Origin: Octopus vulgaris
Lineage: Eukaryota
Assembly (NCBI GenBank): GCA_951406725.2
Contig: OX597838.1
Location: forward strand, 11,718,001-11,782,000
Direction of reading: 5' to 3'
DNA length: 64,000 bases
Shown here piece after piece: positions 53,241-64,000 of this stretch. Every line of letters starts with the position of its first letter. Position 1 is the first letter of the stretch. The translations under genes were made by a program, and so were the position numbers. The notes under the pieces are model-generated. The model had not been told where the DNA came from. It was given only the letters and a program-made list of their open reading frames with translations, and searched no databases.

Positions 53241-55437
53241 GACAGACGTGTTGTTTTTTGCTCCTGCAAATGTCACGTGTTTGAACGTGAAATGTTGAAC
53301 TTTTGACTCGGTGACAGGTAAGACGTTCTGTATTTTTAGAAGCATAGTGAAGTTTATTGCTTGCTTAATGTTATTTAGCAGTTAACGTTATCTAGCATTA
53401 ATATTTTTTTGCGGGTAATAGACTTCACTTTACTTCAGATATATTTCTCTGCCTGTTGTCGTGTCTAAGGTCTCACTCTTTAGTGAGAATTGTGCTTTTT
53501 GAGGAGGCGTAGCCCCTCCGCAAAAATTAATTTGTTTGCTTGTGTTTTACTACTTCGCAAGAAAATTATAAAAATAAGCCACTATTGGATTACCCTTCGG
53601 ACCCATTTTTGTGGAGGTTGTGTTGCAGTTGCGGCATTCCAGGTTCAACCCAGGCCGGGAGTACCGCAAGGCCAGAATATTTTTGCTGTGTTTTTTCTGT
53701 TTATTAACTTTCTTTTGAACTTCATTTAAACCCCCCCCTTTTGTTTTTTTCTTTATTGCGACTTTCCGTTAATTTCTTCCCTTCTGTTGTGCTTTCTCCT
53801 TTTTGTTTTTTCAAAAATCTATCAAATTTTATTTAGACTTTTGAACTTTTTTCTTCCTGCTCTTGAGTTTAATTTGAATATATTTTTAAAAAAACATGGC
53901 AATGAAAAATAACAAAATTTTGGAGTGGGAAATCATACCACCCAAAAAGTGGTTAAAAGACCGTGAAGATAGGACGGTGGTGTTGAGAACCTACTCCAAG
54001 GCACTTGACACCATCGCCCTATTCGAAAAGACGGCAATTGAGGAGGAGTTGGAAGAGTATTTGCCAACAATTAAATTCATTTCAGGGGTGTCAAATATGC
54101 AACGGTGTGGTTGCTATTTGACACCCCTGAAGAGGCTTGCATATTTGCTAGCAAACCCTTGGAGGGTAAGGAAATCTTATTCCTGCCCACGTACAAAAAA
54201 AAGAAATTGATGAAAGCTTGGATCTGCGGACTGCCACCCGACATAGAACCCGAGTGGATAGAGGAGACTATCCGCCGGGGTCTGGGTGACAGCGAAACTA
54301 AGCTCCTCAATGTAAAAGTTCTTCCTGCGGCTGCTTGGGTTGGGTCGAAAGCAATTTTGACTCTGTGGACACAATCAGCCAATCTGGTTCTTCCAGATTT
54401 TTTGAAAATGGCCGGGTGCAGGTACCCGGTGATGCTTGAGGGTCGCCCCCCTAAGTGTCATCGGTGCTTGGAGTCCGGCCACATAAAGAAGAACTGTCCT
54501 CGGGAACAAAATAGGATCCCGGAACAGTTAAGTAAAACCCCTCTAGAAGAGGGAACGATAACGGCCGAGAAAGCAGAGGACTCCTCAAACAGAGGCCGAA
54601 AGAGGAAGGTGAGCAACAATGGGTGCTCACCAAAGGATAATAGGGATGAGGAGAGGAAGGCGAATCTTCCAGCCACGGAGGAGACGCACCCTCCCTCAGT
54701 TGAAAAGGGAAAAAAAAAGAAAAAGAGGAAGAAAAACGGGACATTACCGGCTGTCAGTGTAGCACCGGAATGTCGCGGAACTACGTCGGTTGGGGTTGTG
54801 CCACCGACAAGAGAAGGAATACCGTTGGCGGAAACTGTGCCGCCAACGAAAGAACTAAATGTGTTGGTCCTCTTCTATAGAGGAGGAGAAATTGAAAAAG
54901 TGATGGAAGAGCACTACAAGGGAGCACCTTTAGCCTTCACACAGGACCCCGAATGGCCTCCGCAGGTAGCTGTGGAGGCCGTGGCGTTCGACGTGACGCT
55001 AGGGCTAAAGGAGCTCATCGAAGATTATAACTTGGTCCCGGGCGACGCGAACTCGGAACTTGACTACGTTCTGAGGGAGGCGTGGTTGATGGTGGAGGGC
55101 GCGGGCACAAGCTATTTCGAGGACGATATGTATTATTAGTAATGGACTTAAGTCCAAAAATTGAAAAATTGTAAGAGGATTAATACCTCGTTTTGTATTA
55201 ATAATGGACTGCTAAGCCCAAAAATTGGGAAAAATTGTAAGAGGTTTTATACCTCGTTTTGTGTTTATCTTTTTAAAAAGAACAATGTTTTAGAGAAGCA
55301 AAAGTCGGCGGGCGCTTTCTGTCTTCTCCCATCCTTATCATCTTTCTTTCATTATCATTCACTTCATTAATGTCCTCGTCCAGCCCGCAAAGCTAACTTA
55401 ATCTGTGTACTGCCTTTATGGCAAATGTTTTGAAATA
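53241..55437 (+). mobile_element. ORF1-only non-LTR-like element (half-LINE/HAL1-like, Tx1/L1-type ORF1)
   Basis: About 650-nt 5'UTR, single ORF1-like CDS, about 300-nt 3'UTR ending AATAAA, imperfect about 17-bp target duplication; no RT or endonuclease ORF. Confidence 0.7.
53896..55139 (+). CDS. Gag-like/ORF1p nucleic-acid-binding protein with one CCHC zinc knuckle; one frameshift near 54075-54090 (about 414 aa if repaired)
   Basis: AAACATGG start; RRM-like segments (TVVLRTY, WLLFDTPEEA, AWICGLPPDI); C-x2-C-x4-H-x4-C CHRCLESGHIKKNC at 54456-54497; basic KKKKKRKK; ORFs 53896..54210 and 54105..55139 overlap in different frames. Confidence 0.75.
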
Positions 55438-55586
55438 AAGTAGCTTGCTAACCAACCACATGGTTCCGGGTTCAGTCCCACTGCGTGGCATCTTGGGCAA
55501 GTGTCTTCTGCTATAGCCCCGGGTCGACCAATGCCTTGTGAGTGGATTTGGTAGACGGAAACTGAAAGAAGCCTGTCGTATATATG

Positions 55587-55619
<33 letters not shown>

Positions 55620-56220
55620 TTGTGTGTCTGTGTTTGTCCCCCTAGCATTGCTTGACAACCGATGCTGGTGTGTTTACGGCCCCGTTACTTAGCGGTTCGG
55701 CAAAAGAGACCGATAGAATAAGTACTGGGCTTACAAAGAATAAGTCCCGGGGTCGATTTGCTCGACTAAAGGCGGTGCTCCAGCATGGCCGCAGTCAAAT
55801 GACTGAAACAAGTAAAAGAGTAAAAAAGAGAGTAAAGAGTATACCCACTGAAAGAACAGCTGCAAAGTCATGTGTACATTTAAGTACCCCGAATATATCT
55901 AAACAGAAATTGTGTAGCAAGCCTCAGCACACGTGTAGACGGTCTGGAAAACTCACGTAAAGTGCTTACTAGTCCCGAAGTGAATGGTAATAAGTTTACT
56001 TCTAATGTAAGAATAACATTTTTTCAAGCAAAATTTTATCAATGGCCAGCATATTAAAATATCTTTCTAAGTGAAAATTAGAAACAATTATAAATAAGAG
56101 CAAAAGAGGCTTCCTATAGAATTTCTGTTTAGATATATTTGGGGTACTTAAATGTACTCATGTCTTTGCATCTGCTTTTTCCGTGGGTGTATATAAGTGT
56201 TCCATTTATTCTAATTGTGT

Positions 56221-56280
56221 TTCTCGCTGAAGAAGGAAGAATCCATGTGGATTAATCCAGAAATCGGCCCGATTCGGGAA
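56221..56280 (+). ncRNA. Type I hammerhead-ribozyme-like motif
   Basis: Stem I TTCTCG/CGGGAA, core CTGAAGA (56227-33), bulged stem II GGA/TCC plus AATCC/GGATT, GAAA (56260-63), stem III ATCG/CGAT, NUH triplet ATT; folded by eye. Confidence 0.55.
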
Positions 56281-56356
56281 TAACGAATTTTTAAAATTTA
56301 TGTTATCTTACTTTCCTCGTGAGAAATATCGTATGTGGTTAGACGATCTAAGGTCT

Positions 56357-56662
56357 ATGATATTGCAGTGGGCTCGCCCTAGACAAGAAGTTAGAAATTT
56401 TTTGCCCATGATACTACATGGACCCTAAGTAAGGCATGTGTAAAATTTGAATGAAATTGGTTGTGTAGTTCTCAAGTTTTAGGGATTCATAGTGGAGAAG
56501 ATATGATATTGCTGTGGGCTCGCCCTAGGCAAAAAGTTAGAAATTTTTCGCCCATGACACCTCCTGGACCCTAAGTAAGGCATGTGTAAAATTTGAATGA
56601 AATTGGTTTTGTAGTTCTCAAGTTTTAGGGATTCACACAGACAGACAGACACACATTCTCAG

Positions 56663-56672
<10 letters not shown>
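56357..56672 (-). mobile_element. Two tandem about 146-bp units plus a Helitron-like 5' end (GACAGACAC...AGTTATATATA)
   Basis: ATGATATTGC(A/T)GTGGGCTCGCCCTAG starts at 56357 and 56503; the end resembles 25165-25200. Confidence 0.5.
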
Positions 56673-56726
<54 letters not shown>

Positions 56727-56849
56727 CGTGCCCGATCTGTATACAATCTATATACACCTTTTATTCAGAGTCACTGATGCAACTGAACGCAAATTATGAA
56801 ACAGCTGTGAACATTCGGAATAAAATTTTATTTTCCTCTCACTTCTCTG

Positions 56850-57330
56850 TCACCACCACCACCACCACCACCACCACCACCACCACAGACACCACCACCA
56901 CCACCACCACCACCACCGACACCACCACCACCACCACCACCACCACCACCACCACCACCCCCACCACGACCACGACCACGACCACGACCACCACGACCAC
57001 CACCACCACTACCACCACCACCACTACCACGAACACGACCACGACCACGACTACGACCACCACCACCACCACCACAACCATAACTACCGTCGTCGTCATC
57101 GCCGCTACCGCTACCAAATCGACATCACCAACATCACCGCCACCACTACGGTTATATAAAAGCACTGCCAGCACCAACACCAACACCAACACCAACACCA
57201 ACAATACCACAACAGCATTATCATCAACACTACCGTCATCACACTACCACGACGATCTCGTAACATCTACACTAGCACCAGCACCAGCACCAGCACCACC
57301 AGCACCACCATCACCTGGCCCGGCCCCAGC
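56850..57330. repeat. (ACC)n/(ACG)n/(AGCACC)n trinucleotide field
   Basis: Direct reading; source of the poly-T ORF 56777..57541. Confidence 0.9.
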
Positions 57331-57631
57331 GCCCCCATCACGATCACAGTTTTGTAACAGTTACAACACAACCACCAACACCACTGATACGACAACACTA
57401 CCGCCGCCCTTTCTCCAATACGGTCTCACAACAGCTACAGCATCAAGACAACGCTGCCACCGCAGTCTCATAATAGTCATCCCATTGCAAACACCCCACC
57501 ACCAGGTCTCCATCCCTGCCTCCCCATTGACAGGTTGTTAATTAAACTGCAGAGTTCAAGCTGTTATGAATTAACAATATTGATTAACAATAACTAACAA
57601 CTACCTCTCACCTCTCGCGTTTTATATACAC

Positions 57632-57805
57632 GGAGTGGCTGTGTGGTAAGTAGCTTGCTAACCAACCACATGGTGGTTCCGGGTTCAGTCCCACCGCGTG
57701 GCATCTTGGGCAAGTGTCTTCTGCTATAGCCTCGGGCCGACCAAAGCCTTGTGAGTGGATTTGGTAGACGGAAACTGAAAGAAGCCTGTCGTATATATAT
57801 TTATA

Positions 57806-57870
<65 letters not shown>

Positions 57871-58094
57871 TTGTGTATATGTTTGTGTGTCTGTGTTTGT
57901 CTCTCTAGCATTGCTTGACAACTGATGCTGGTGTGTTTACGTCCCCGTCACCTAGCGGTTCGGCAAAAAGAGACCGATAGAATAAGTACTGGGCTTACAA
58001 AAAGAATAAGTCCCAGGGTCGAGTTGCTCGACTAAAGGCGGTGCTCCAGCATGGCCGCAGTCAAATGACTGAAACAAGTCAAAGAGTAAAAGAG
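57632..58094 (+). mobile_element. SINE family A, near full length
   Basis: Matches the other family A copies. Confidence 0.9.
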
Positions 58095-58858
58095 TATGTG
58101 TATATGAGTGTGTAAATGTATGTGTGTATATGAGTGTATATGTGTATGTGTGTGCGTATGTACGTGTTTACATATGTGTGTATGTGTATGTACATGTGTG
58201 TGTATATGTGTATGTATATGTATGCGTATGTAAGTATCTACGTGTGTGCAGGCATAGATGCATGTATAGATGTGTATGTATGCATGTACATGTATGCGTG
58301 TATACGTATATCTATCTATAATAACAATTTAATAAATAAAACATATGCATACATACTTACATATATATATATATATACATACCATCTATATGTATATATA
58401 CATGCATATATAAGTACAGGACACCACAAATAAACGTAGAACACAACGAGAAACGAAAACACAAAACCAAGGAAACGGACTTTTTTTAACAACGATAAAA
58501 CAGAGTACAAGACAAATAACACAAGGAACATTCCCCTTCTTCAGCTGCCCCTGTTTCGACTCAATGCGTGTTTCAAAGGTAAGGGCAGAACACGGCCACG
58601 CCGAAGCAGTCCTTCCCGCAAAAATGTATGCATATATATATAGGGATGTGGGGGTATTTGCGTGCTTATGTGTATGCGCGTGTGTATTAGATATGTATAT
58701 ATGCGTGCATGTTAGTATGTATGTACGTATGTATCAACGTTTGTGTGTACGTATGCTTGTATGTATATGTATGTGCAGTGAACAAGAGCGTATTCCGAGT
58801 CTCTGTAGCAGGTATGTTTGTGTGTGCGCGCGTGTGTGTGTTTGTGTATCTGTATGTG

Positions 58859-58906
<48 letters not shown>

Positions 58907-59062
58907 CAGACAGACAGAGACTGTTCTCTCTGCATCTGCTTATATTTGTCTGTGTGTTTGACTCAGTACTCCTCTATGAGTGCGTGTTTGTGAATGTGTG
59001 TTTGACAGTGTGTATGAATGAATGCGCGCGTGCTTTTCCATGAGTATGTCTGTCTGTATATA

Positions 59063-59134
<72 letters not shown>

Positions 59135-59321
59135 CGCGTGTGCCTCTTAGTATCTATGTATGTATGCGCTCCTGTCTGTGTGTGCGTGTGCTTTTCGCTG
59201 AGTATGTCTCTATGTGCCTGCGTGTATATATTCTTTTATTCTGTTATTCTTTTACTTGTGTCAATCATTTGACTGCGGTCATGCTGGAGCATAGCCTTTA
59301 ATCGAACAAATCCACCCCAGG

Positions 59322-59549
59322 ACGAGCTGGCAGAAACGTTAGCACGCCGGGCGAAATGCCTAGCCGTATTTCGCCTGCCGTTACGTTCTGAGTTCAAATT
59401 CCGCCGAGGTCGACTTTGCCTTTCATCCTTTCGGGGTCGATTAAATAAGTACCAGTTACGCACTGGGGTCGATGTAATCGACTTAATCCGTTTGTCTGTC
59501 CTTGTTTGTCCCCTCTGTGTTTAGCCCCTTGTGGGTAGTAAAGAAATAG
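59322..59549 (+). mobile_element. SINE family B inserted into the tail of a minus-strand family A fragment (59245-59585)
   Basis: CCCCAGGA|CGAGCTGGCAG...AAGAAATAGGA|CTTATTT; the family A tail resumes after the insert. Confidence 0.85.
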
Positions 59550-59890
59550 GACTTATTTTTTGTAAGCCTAGTACTTATTCTATCAATAGTATGGTCAGTC
59601 GCTATGCTGAAATCCCATAAGATCCTGTAATTATTATCCTCCCTCGTAGACTCTTGCTGTTTGGATCAGGGAATCCAGGTTTTCCCTTTCTTTTCTTTTT
59701 GTTTTTAATTCTTCGTGCACAGTGTGTCTACCAAATCCACTCAAAAGGCTTTGGTCGACCCGAAGCTATAGCAGAAGACACTTGCCCAAGGTGCCACGCA
59801 GTGGGAATGAACTCGCAACAACGTGGTTTGGAAGTACGCTTCTTACCAAATCGCCACTCCTGCGCCAATCTCTCTCTCTCTCTCTCTCTC

Positions 59891-60441
<551 letters not shown>

Positions 60442-61454
60442 ATATATATATGTCTCTTTGTGTATATCTTTGTATGTATGTATTTACTTAAAGATGTGTG
60501 TGAGTGCATGTGCATCTGTGTGTTCGCATGTGTTCGTGTGTGCGCTTCTGATTTACCTGTCGGTGTGCGTGGCCGTGTGATCACAAGTGCTTCTCTTTCC
60601 CCCTCTTCTCTCTCTATCCTCTCGTCTTCCCCATCCTCTTCACATACCTGTAGGCATATCAGAGTATATCAGTGATCCTAATTACACGACTACATTTCAA
60701 GACGAGGCCTTTGCAATTCAGTATAAAATAAAAAAAGTGGATTAAAAGCTTACCTGTATTTTCAACAGTTCTTTCCTAATCACCTGTTCTTATCAATTGC
60801 TTATCGTGGAACAAGCACAGTTGTGGCTCGATATAAGAAACTCATTTTGCAAACCTTTGGTTTCGGGTTCAGTCCTACCGCGCAGCACTTTGGGTAAATG
60901 TCTTCAACCATAGCCCCGAGCCTACCGATGGCTTGCAAGTGAATTTTGTAGACGGAAACTGTATGGAAACCCCCTCTTATATACATATTTATGTGTGCGT
61001 ATATGTGTGTGCATGTGTGTGTGCGAATATGTGTGTGTGTGTGTGTGTGTATGTGTGTGTGTGTGTGTGGTATGCATGTATGGAGTGAGGGCGCTTAGTG
61101 GTCAGTATGTTGCACCCATGGTCGTAACATTATGGTTTCAATTCCTGCACCAAGCGATGCGTTGCGTACTTGTTTCAGTCTGTACTCTTAACCCCACCCC
61201 TCCCCCAAAGACAGCGCAAATGGAGCAGATCTATAATCAAAGACATTCCAAGCATGACTACCTCATCATTTCGGGGTATCTTGAACTACGTTATTTATGT
61301 GTCCGGTCCTTTTTATAAGACGAAGGAATTTAGTTGCTACTTCCAGCAGATATTTTGACCACGTAGAAACCGTATTTGTATCCTCATTACTTTTCATGTG
61401 TTTTCATCGTTTAATTCAACGTTTTCAACACCCATGAAAGCTGACGTAAGGGGC

Positions 61455-61741
61455 TTTAGCAAACAAGTCCTTGCTTTCAATGGCTGCTGTGCATGATTGT
61501 GGCTGTGAACTGATTGATTACCCCACCGCCCCTATTCTCCTGACTTGGCCCTATTTGACTATCATCTGTTCCCCAATAAGAAAAAAAAATGGCTGTGTGG
61601 TAAGTAGCTTGCTAACCAACCACATGGTTCCGGGTTCAGTCCCACTGCATGGCACCTTGGGCAAGTGTCTTCTGCCATAGCCCCGGGCCGACCAATGCCT
61701 TATGAGTGGATTTGGTTGACGGAAACTGAAAGAAGCCTGTC

Positions 61742-61799
<58 letters not shown>

Positions 61800-62256
61800 G
61801 TGTGTGTGTGTGTGTTTGTGTGTCTGTGTTTGTCCCCATAGCATTGCTTGACGACCGATGCTGGTGTGTTTACGTCCCCGTCACCTAGTGGTTCGGCAAA
61901 AGAGACCGATAGAATAAGTACTGAGCTTACAAAGAATAAGTCCCGGAGTCGATTTGCTCGACTAAAGGCGTTGCTCCAGCATGGCCGCAGTCAAATGACT
62001 GAAACAAGTAAAAGAGTAAAAGAGTAAAAGAGAGCTTGGATGAGAACTCGTATCGCAGAGATGATGTCATATCTGTTGTTGATGAATTTTTTGACCAACA
62101 AGATGAAAGCTTCTTTACCAATGAGATCCAAATACTGCAACATCGATGGAAAAAGTGTGTGGACTGCAAGGGGGACTGTTGAAAAATATACCTCCGTTGG
62201 TCACATTCCATGAAAGTATCTCGGTTAGCCTATGAAATTTTCAGCCGGTCCTCGTA
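61455..62256 (+). mobile_element. Mariner (DD34D) transposase C-terminal remnant interrupted by a SINE
   Basis: MAAVHDCG.ELID.P.YSPDLA.FDYHLFPN; after the SINE: DDVIS.VDEFFDQQDESFFTN.IQ.LQHRWKKCVD.KGD; TIR-like end CAGCCGGTCCTCG-TA. Confidence 0.85.
61590..62030 (+). mobile_element. SINE family A inserted in the mariner remnant
   Basis: Matches the other family A copies; inserted at an A-run. Confidence 0.9.
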
Positions 62257-62739
62257 CGTGATTCACATAATATAAATACAAATTTGAGACTACGGCCACT
62301 ATCCTTGCGGGGGAAGTCTAACCTGTCTACATCTCCATTGGTGTTGAAGATTCCTGTAACACTGAGCAGTTTGCGGGTTCAAATATATAACTCATTGAAT
62401 TCTTGTAGTGACCATTTCAGAAGGCAAAGGTTGAAGACATCAACCACATTACTGCCAACGGCGAGAGAATGTCTTCAAGATATTATCTTCCGACGGGGAA
62501 TGATGCAGCAGCTTGAACAGGATAACAAAAAGGAAGACACCTATAAACTAAGTTAACTATATTGAGATCGAAGGGTAAAAAAATATTGGTGGAACTTATA
62601 AATTAAAACTGCTTCCATGTTAAAACACAACCGGTCAGATATTGTTGCGTAGGAGTACGAAGAAAACCTATGTTCTTGTGTGGAAATGTGTTTGATTTTG
62701 CAAAGAACTGAAGGTTGGAGGAAAACATATTTATATCTC

Positions 62740-63175
62740 GGATCTTTTCGGATTGACTGGCAGTTTTTTAAAATAATTTCCACGTAACTAAACACTTATA
62801 AACTTCGCATACTGGTAGAATGTGTTTATAAAACATCTTTTTTTTCTTGGCTTTATTGAGAAAATTCTATAGTTTGTAAGATATTTGTTGTGTTTTTTTT
62901 CTTCAATTTCTGCAATTTCAACCAATCACTGACGTCTATTGAGGTAAAATAAATTCTGTGCCGTATGAATATGTCCCTCATTTAAGAAACAGATTGGGTT
63001 TATTTACATTTCTGAAGAAAAAAAGATATCCTTCCCCCACCCCTAATCCTAACCCTAACTAACCCTAACCCTAAAACAGATTGAAATGCAATAGATCGAT
63101 ACTAGGGTCATAATTATGGGCGACAATTTCATATGACACCGCTAGAAAAAACTGCCGTTCAAACCGAAAAGATCC
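62740..63175. mobile_element. MITE with GG-starting TIRs and 8-bp TSD (Merlin-like)
   Basis: GGATCTTTTCGG(A/T)TTGA(C/A)(T/C)GGCAGTTTT at both ends inverted; TSD TATATCTC at 62732-62739 and 63176-63183. Confidence 0.8.
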
Positions 63176-63639
63176 TATATCTCTTCCAGCCGTGAACATC
63201 TCGTTGAATTTTATTGATCCTACCTGTGTATAAGTAAATTACGAAAAACATATTTATTAACCTCAGAAGACATTATCATCCGATTTGCTTCCCCCCCCCT
63301 TTCTTTGTTCTTGTTATTTATTAAAGACGGTTATGGCGTGATTTTGAGAGACACTTGGTAGTTATTTCCAGAGGATGAAGTGACCACGTTGAGGATCCTG
63401 GCATACTGGTTGTTGGGATTGCGGTAACAATAGTCAGTATGGTGGTCATAATAAGGTGAAATAAGCGTGTGTGTATGGGTGGGGGAGGGGGTAAAGGTTG
63501 TAGTACTGATGGTGGTATAAGTTGGTGTGGTGGTGGTGGTTGTGGTGATGGTAATGCGGGGATGGTGAGGGGTAGTGATAGTTATGGTGACGGTGGTGTA
63601 AGTGGTGGCGCGAATATTGACAGCAACTGATGGTGGTAA

Positions 63640-63669
63640 TAGTTGTAGTGGTAGTAGTAGTAGTAATAA

Positions 63670-63701
<32 letters not shown>

Positions 63702-63702
63702 A

Positions 63703-63740
<38 letters not shown>

Positions 63741-63790
63741 ATAGTAGTAGTAGTAGTAGTAGTAGTAGTTGTAGTAGTAGTGGTGGTGGT
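63640..63790. repeat. (AGT)n microsatellite in a GT-rich low-complexity tract
   Basis: Direct reading. Confidence 0.9.
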
Positions 63791-64000
63791 GACATGTAGC
63801 TACAGTGTAGGTATTGGTGTCAGTAGGTATGGTGGTAGTATGTGTAGTTGTGGGATGGTGGTAGTAGTAGTGGTGGTGTTAGTGGTGGTGGTAACAGTTG
63901 TAGTAGTGGTGATGATGGTGGTGGTAGTGGTGTCTCTCAAATGGTAGTGAAAGAGAGCAAACGATATAAATTGACTGTCATCTCTACTAGCATATACATA

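Larger units (their letters stand above)
53200..55839 (+). mobile_element. SINE family A split into head (53200-53240) and remainder (55438-55839)
   Basis: ATAGGCGCAGGAGTAGCTGTGTGGTAAGTAGCTTCTTACCA ... AAGTAGCTTGCTAACCAACCACATGG...GTAAAAGAG. Confidence 0.9.
53072..56320. mobile_element. Long inverted-repeat (fold-back) element, left arm split by a nested SINE insertion
   Basis: Right arm 56106-56320 is the reverse complement of 53072-53198 joined to 55840-55925; spacer 55926-56105. Confidence 0.85.

Noticed and set aside
56777-57541. Mucin-like Thr/Pro-rich protein
   Set aside because: Built from (ACC)n/(ACG)n repeats; no signal peptide, splice sites or recognisable domain.
60757-60786. 30-nt minus-strand microexon VIRKELLKIQ with CAG|GTAAG donor
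   Set aside because: No pyrimidine tract at the acceptor and no partner exons; expected by chance.
63041-63074. Telomere or chromosome-fusion scar
   Set aside because: Only about five imperfect CCCTAA units, internal to a TIR/TSD-bounded MITE.
63371-63422. Short + strand exon EDEVTTLRILAYWLLGL
   Set aside because: Embedded in GT-rich low-complexity sequence, weak donor, no homology recognised.

Overview
Repeat-dense, AT-rich animal genomic DNA. The SINE families and extreme microsatellite load point to a coleoid cephalopod, most likely Octopus (inference). One host gene is well supported: the 3' part of a PLEKHM2/SKIP orthologue on the + strand, with 8 GT-AG coding exons (408-12466) that splice into a continuous 389-codon frame plus stop. 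The rest is intergenic or intronic: tRNA-derived SINEs, decayed Penelope-like (PLE), RTE, CR1 and R4/Dong LINE fragments, Tc1/mariner remnants, Helitrons, hAT/piggyBac/Merlin-type MITEs, two minisatellites and very long microsatellites, including about 2.6 kb of (TATG)n. Most long ORFs in the track are microsatellite translation artefacts. The most unusual structure is a nested complex at 53.07-56.32 kb. An inverted-repeat (fold-back) element carrying a type I hammerhead-ribozyme-like fold is split by a SINE. The tRNA-like head of that SINE is in turn split by a 2.2-kb element that encodes only a gag-like/ORF1 zinc-knuckle protein and no reverse transcriptase (half-LINE/HAL1-like). Two further palindromes (14.9 kb, 49.8 kb) fold back at hammerhead-like motifs, suggesting a family of non-autonomous PLE-related fold-back elements. 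All family assignments come from motif recognition by eye, with no database searches.
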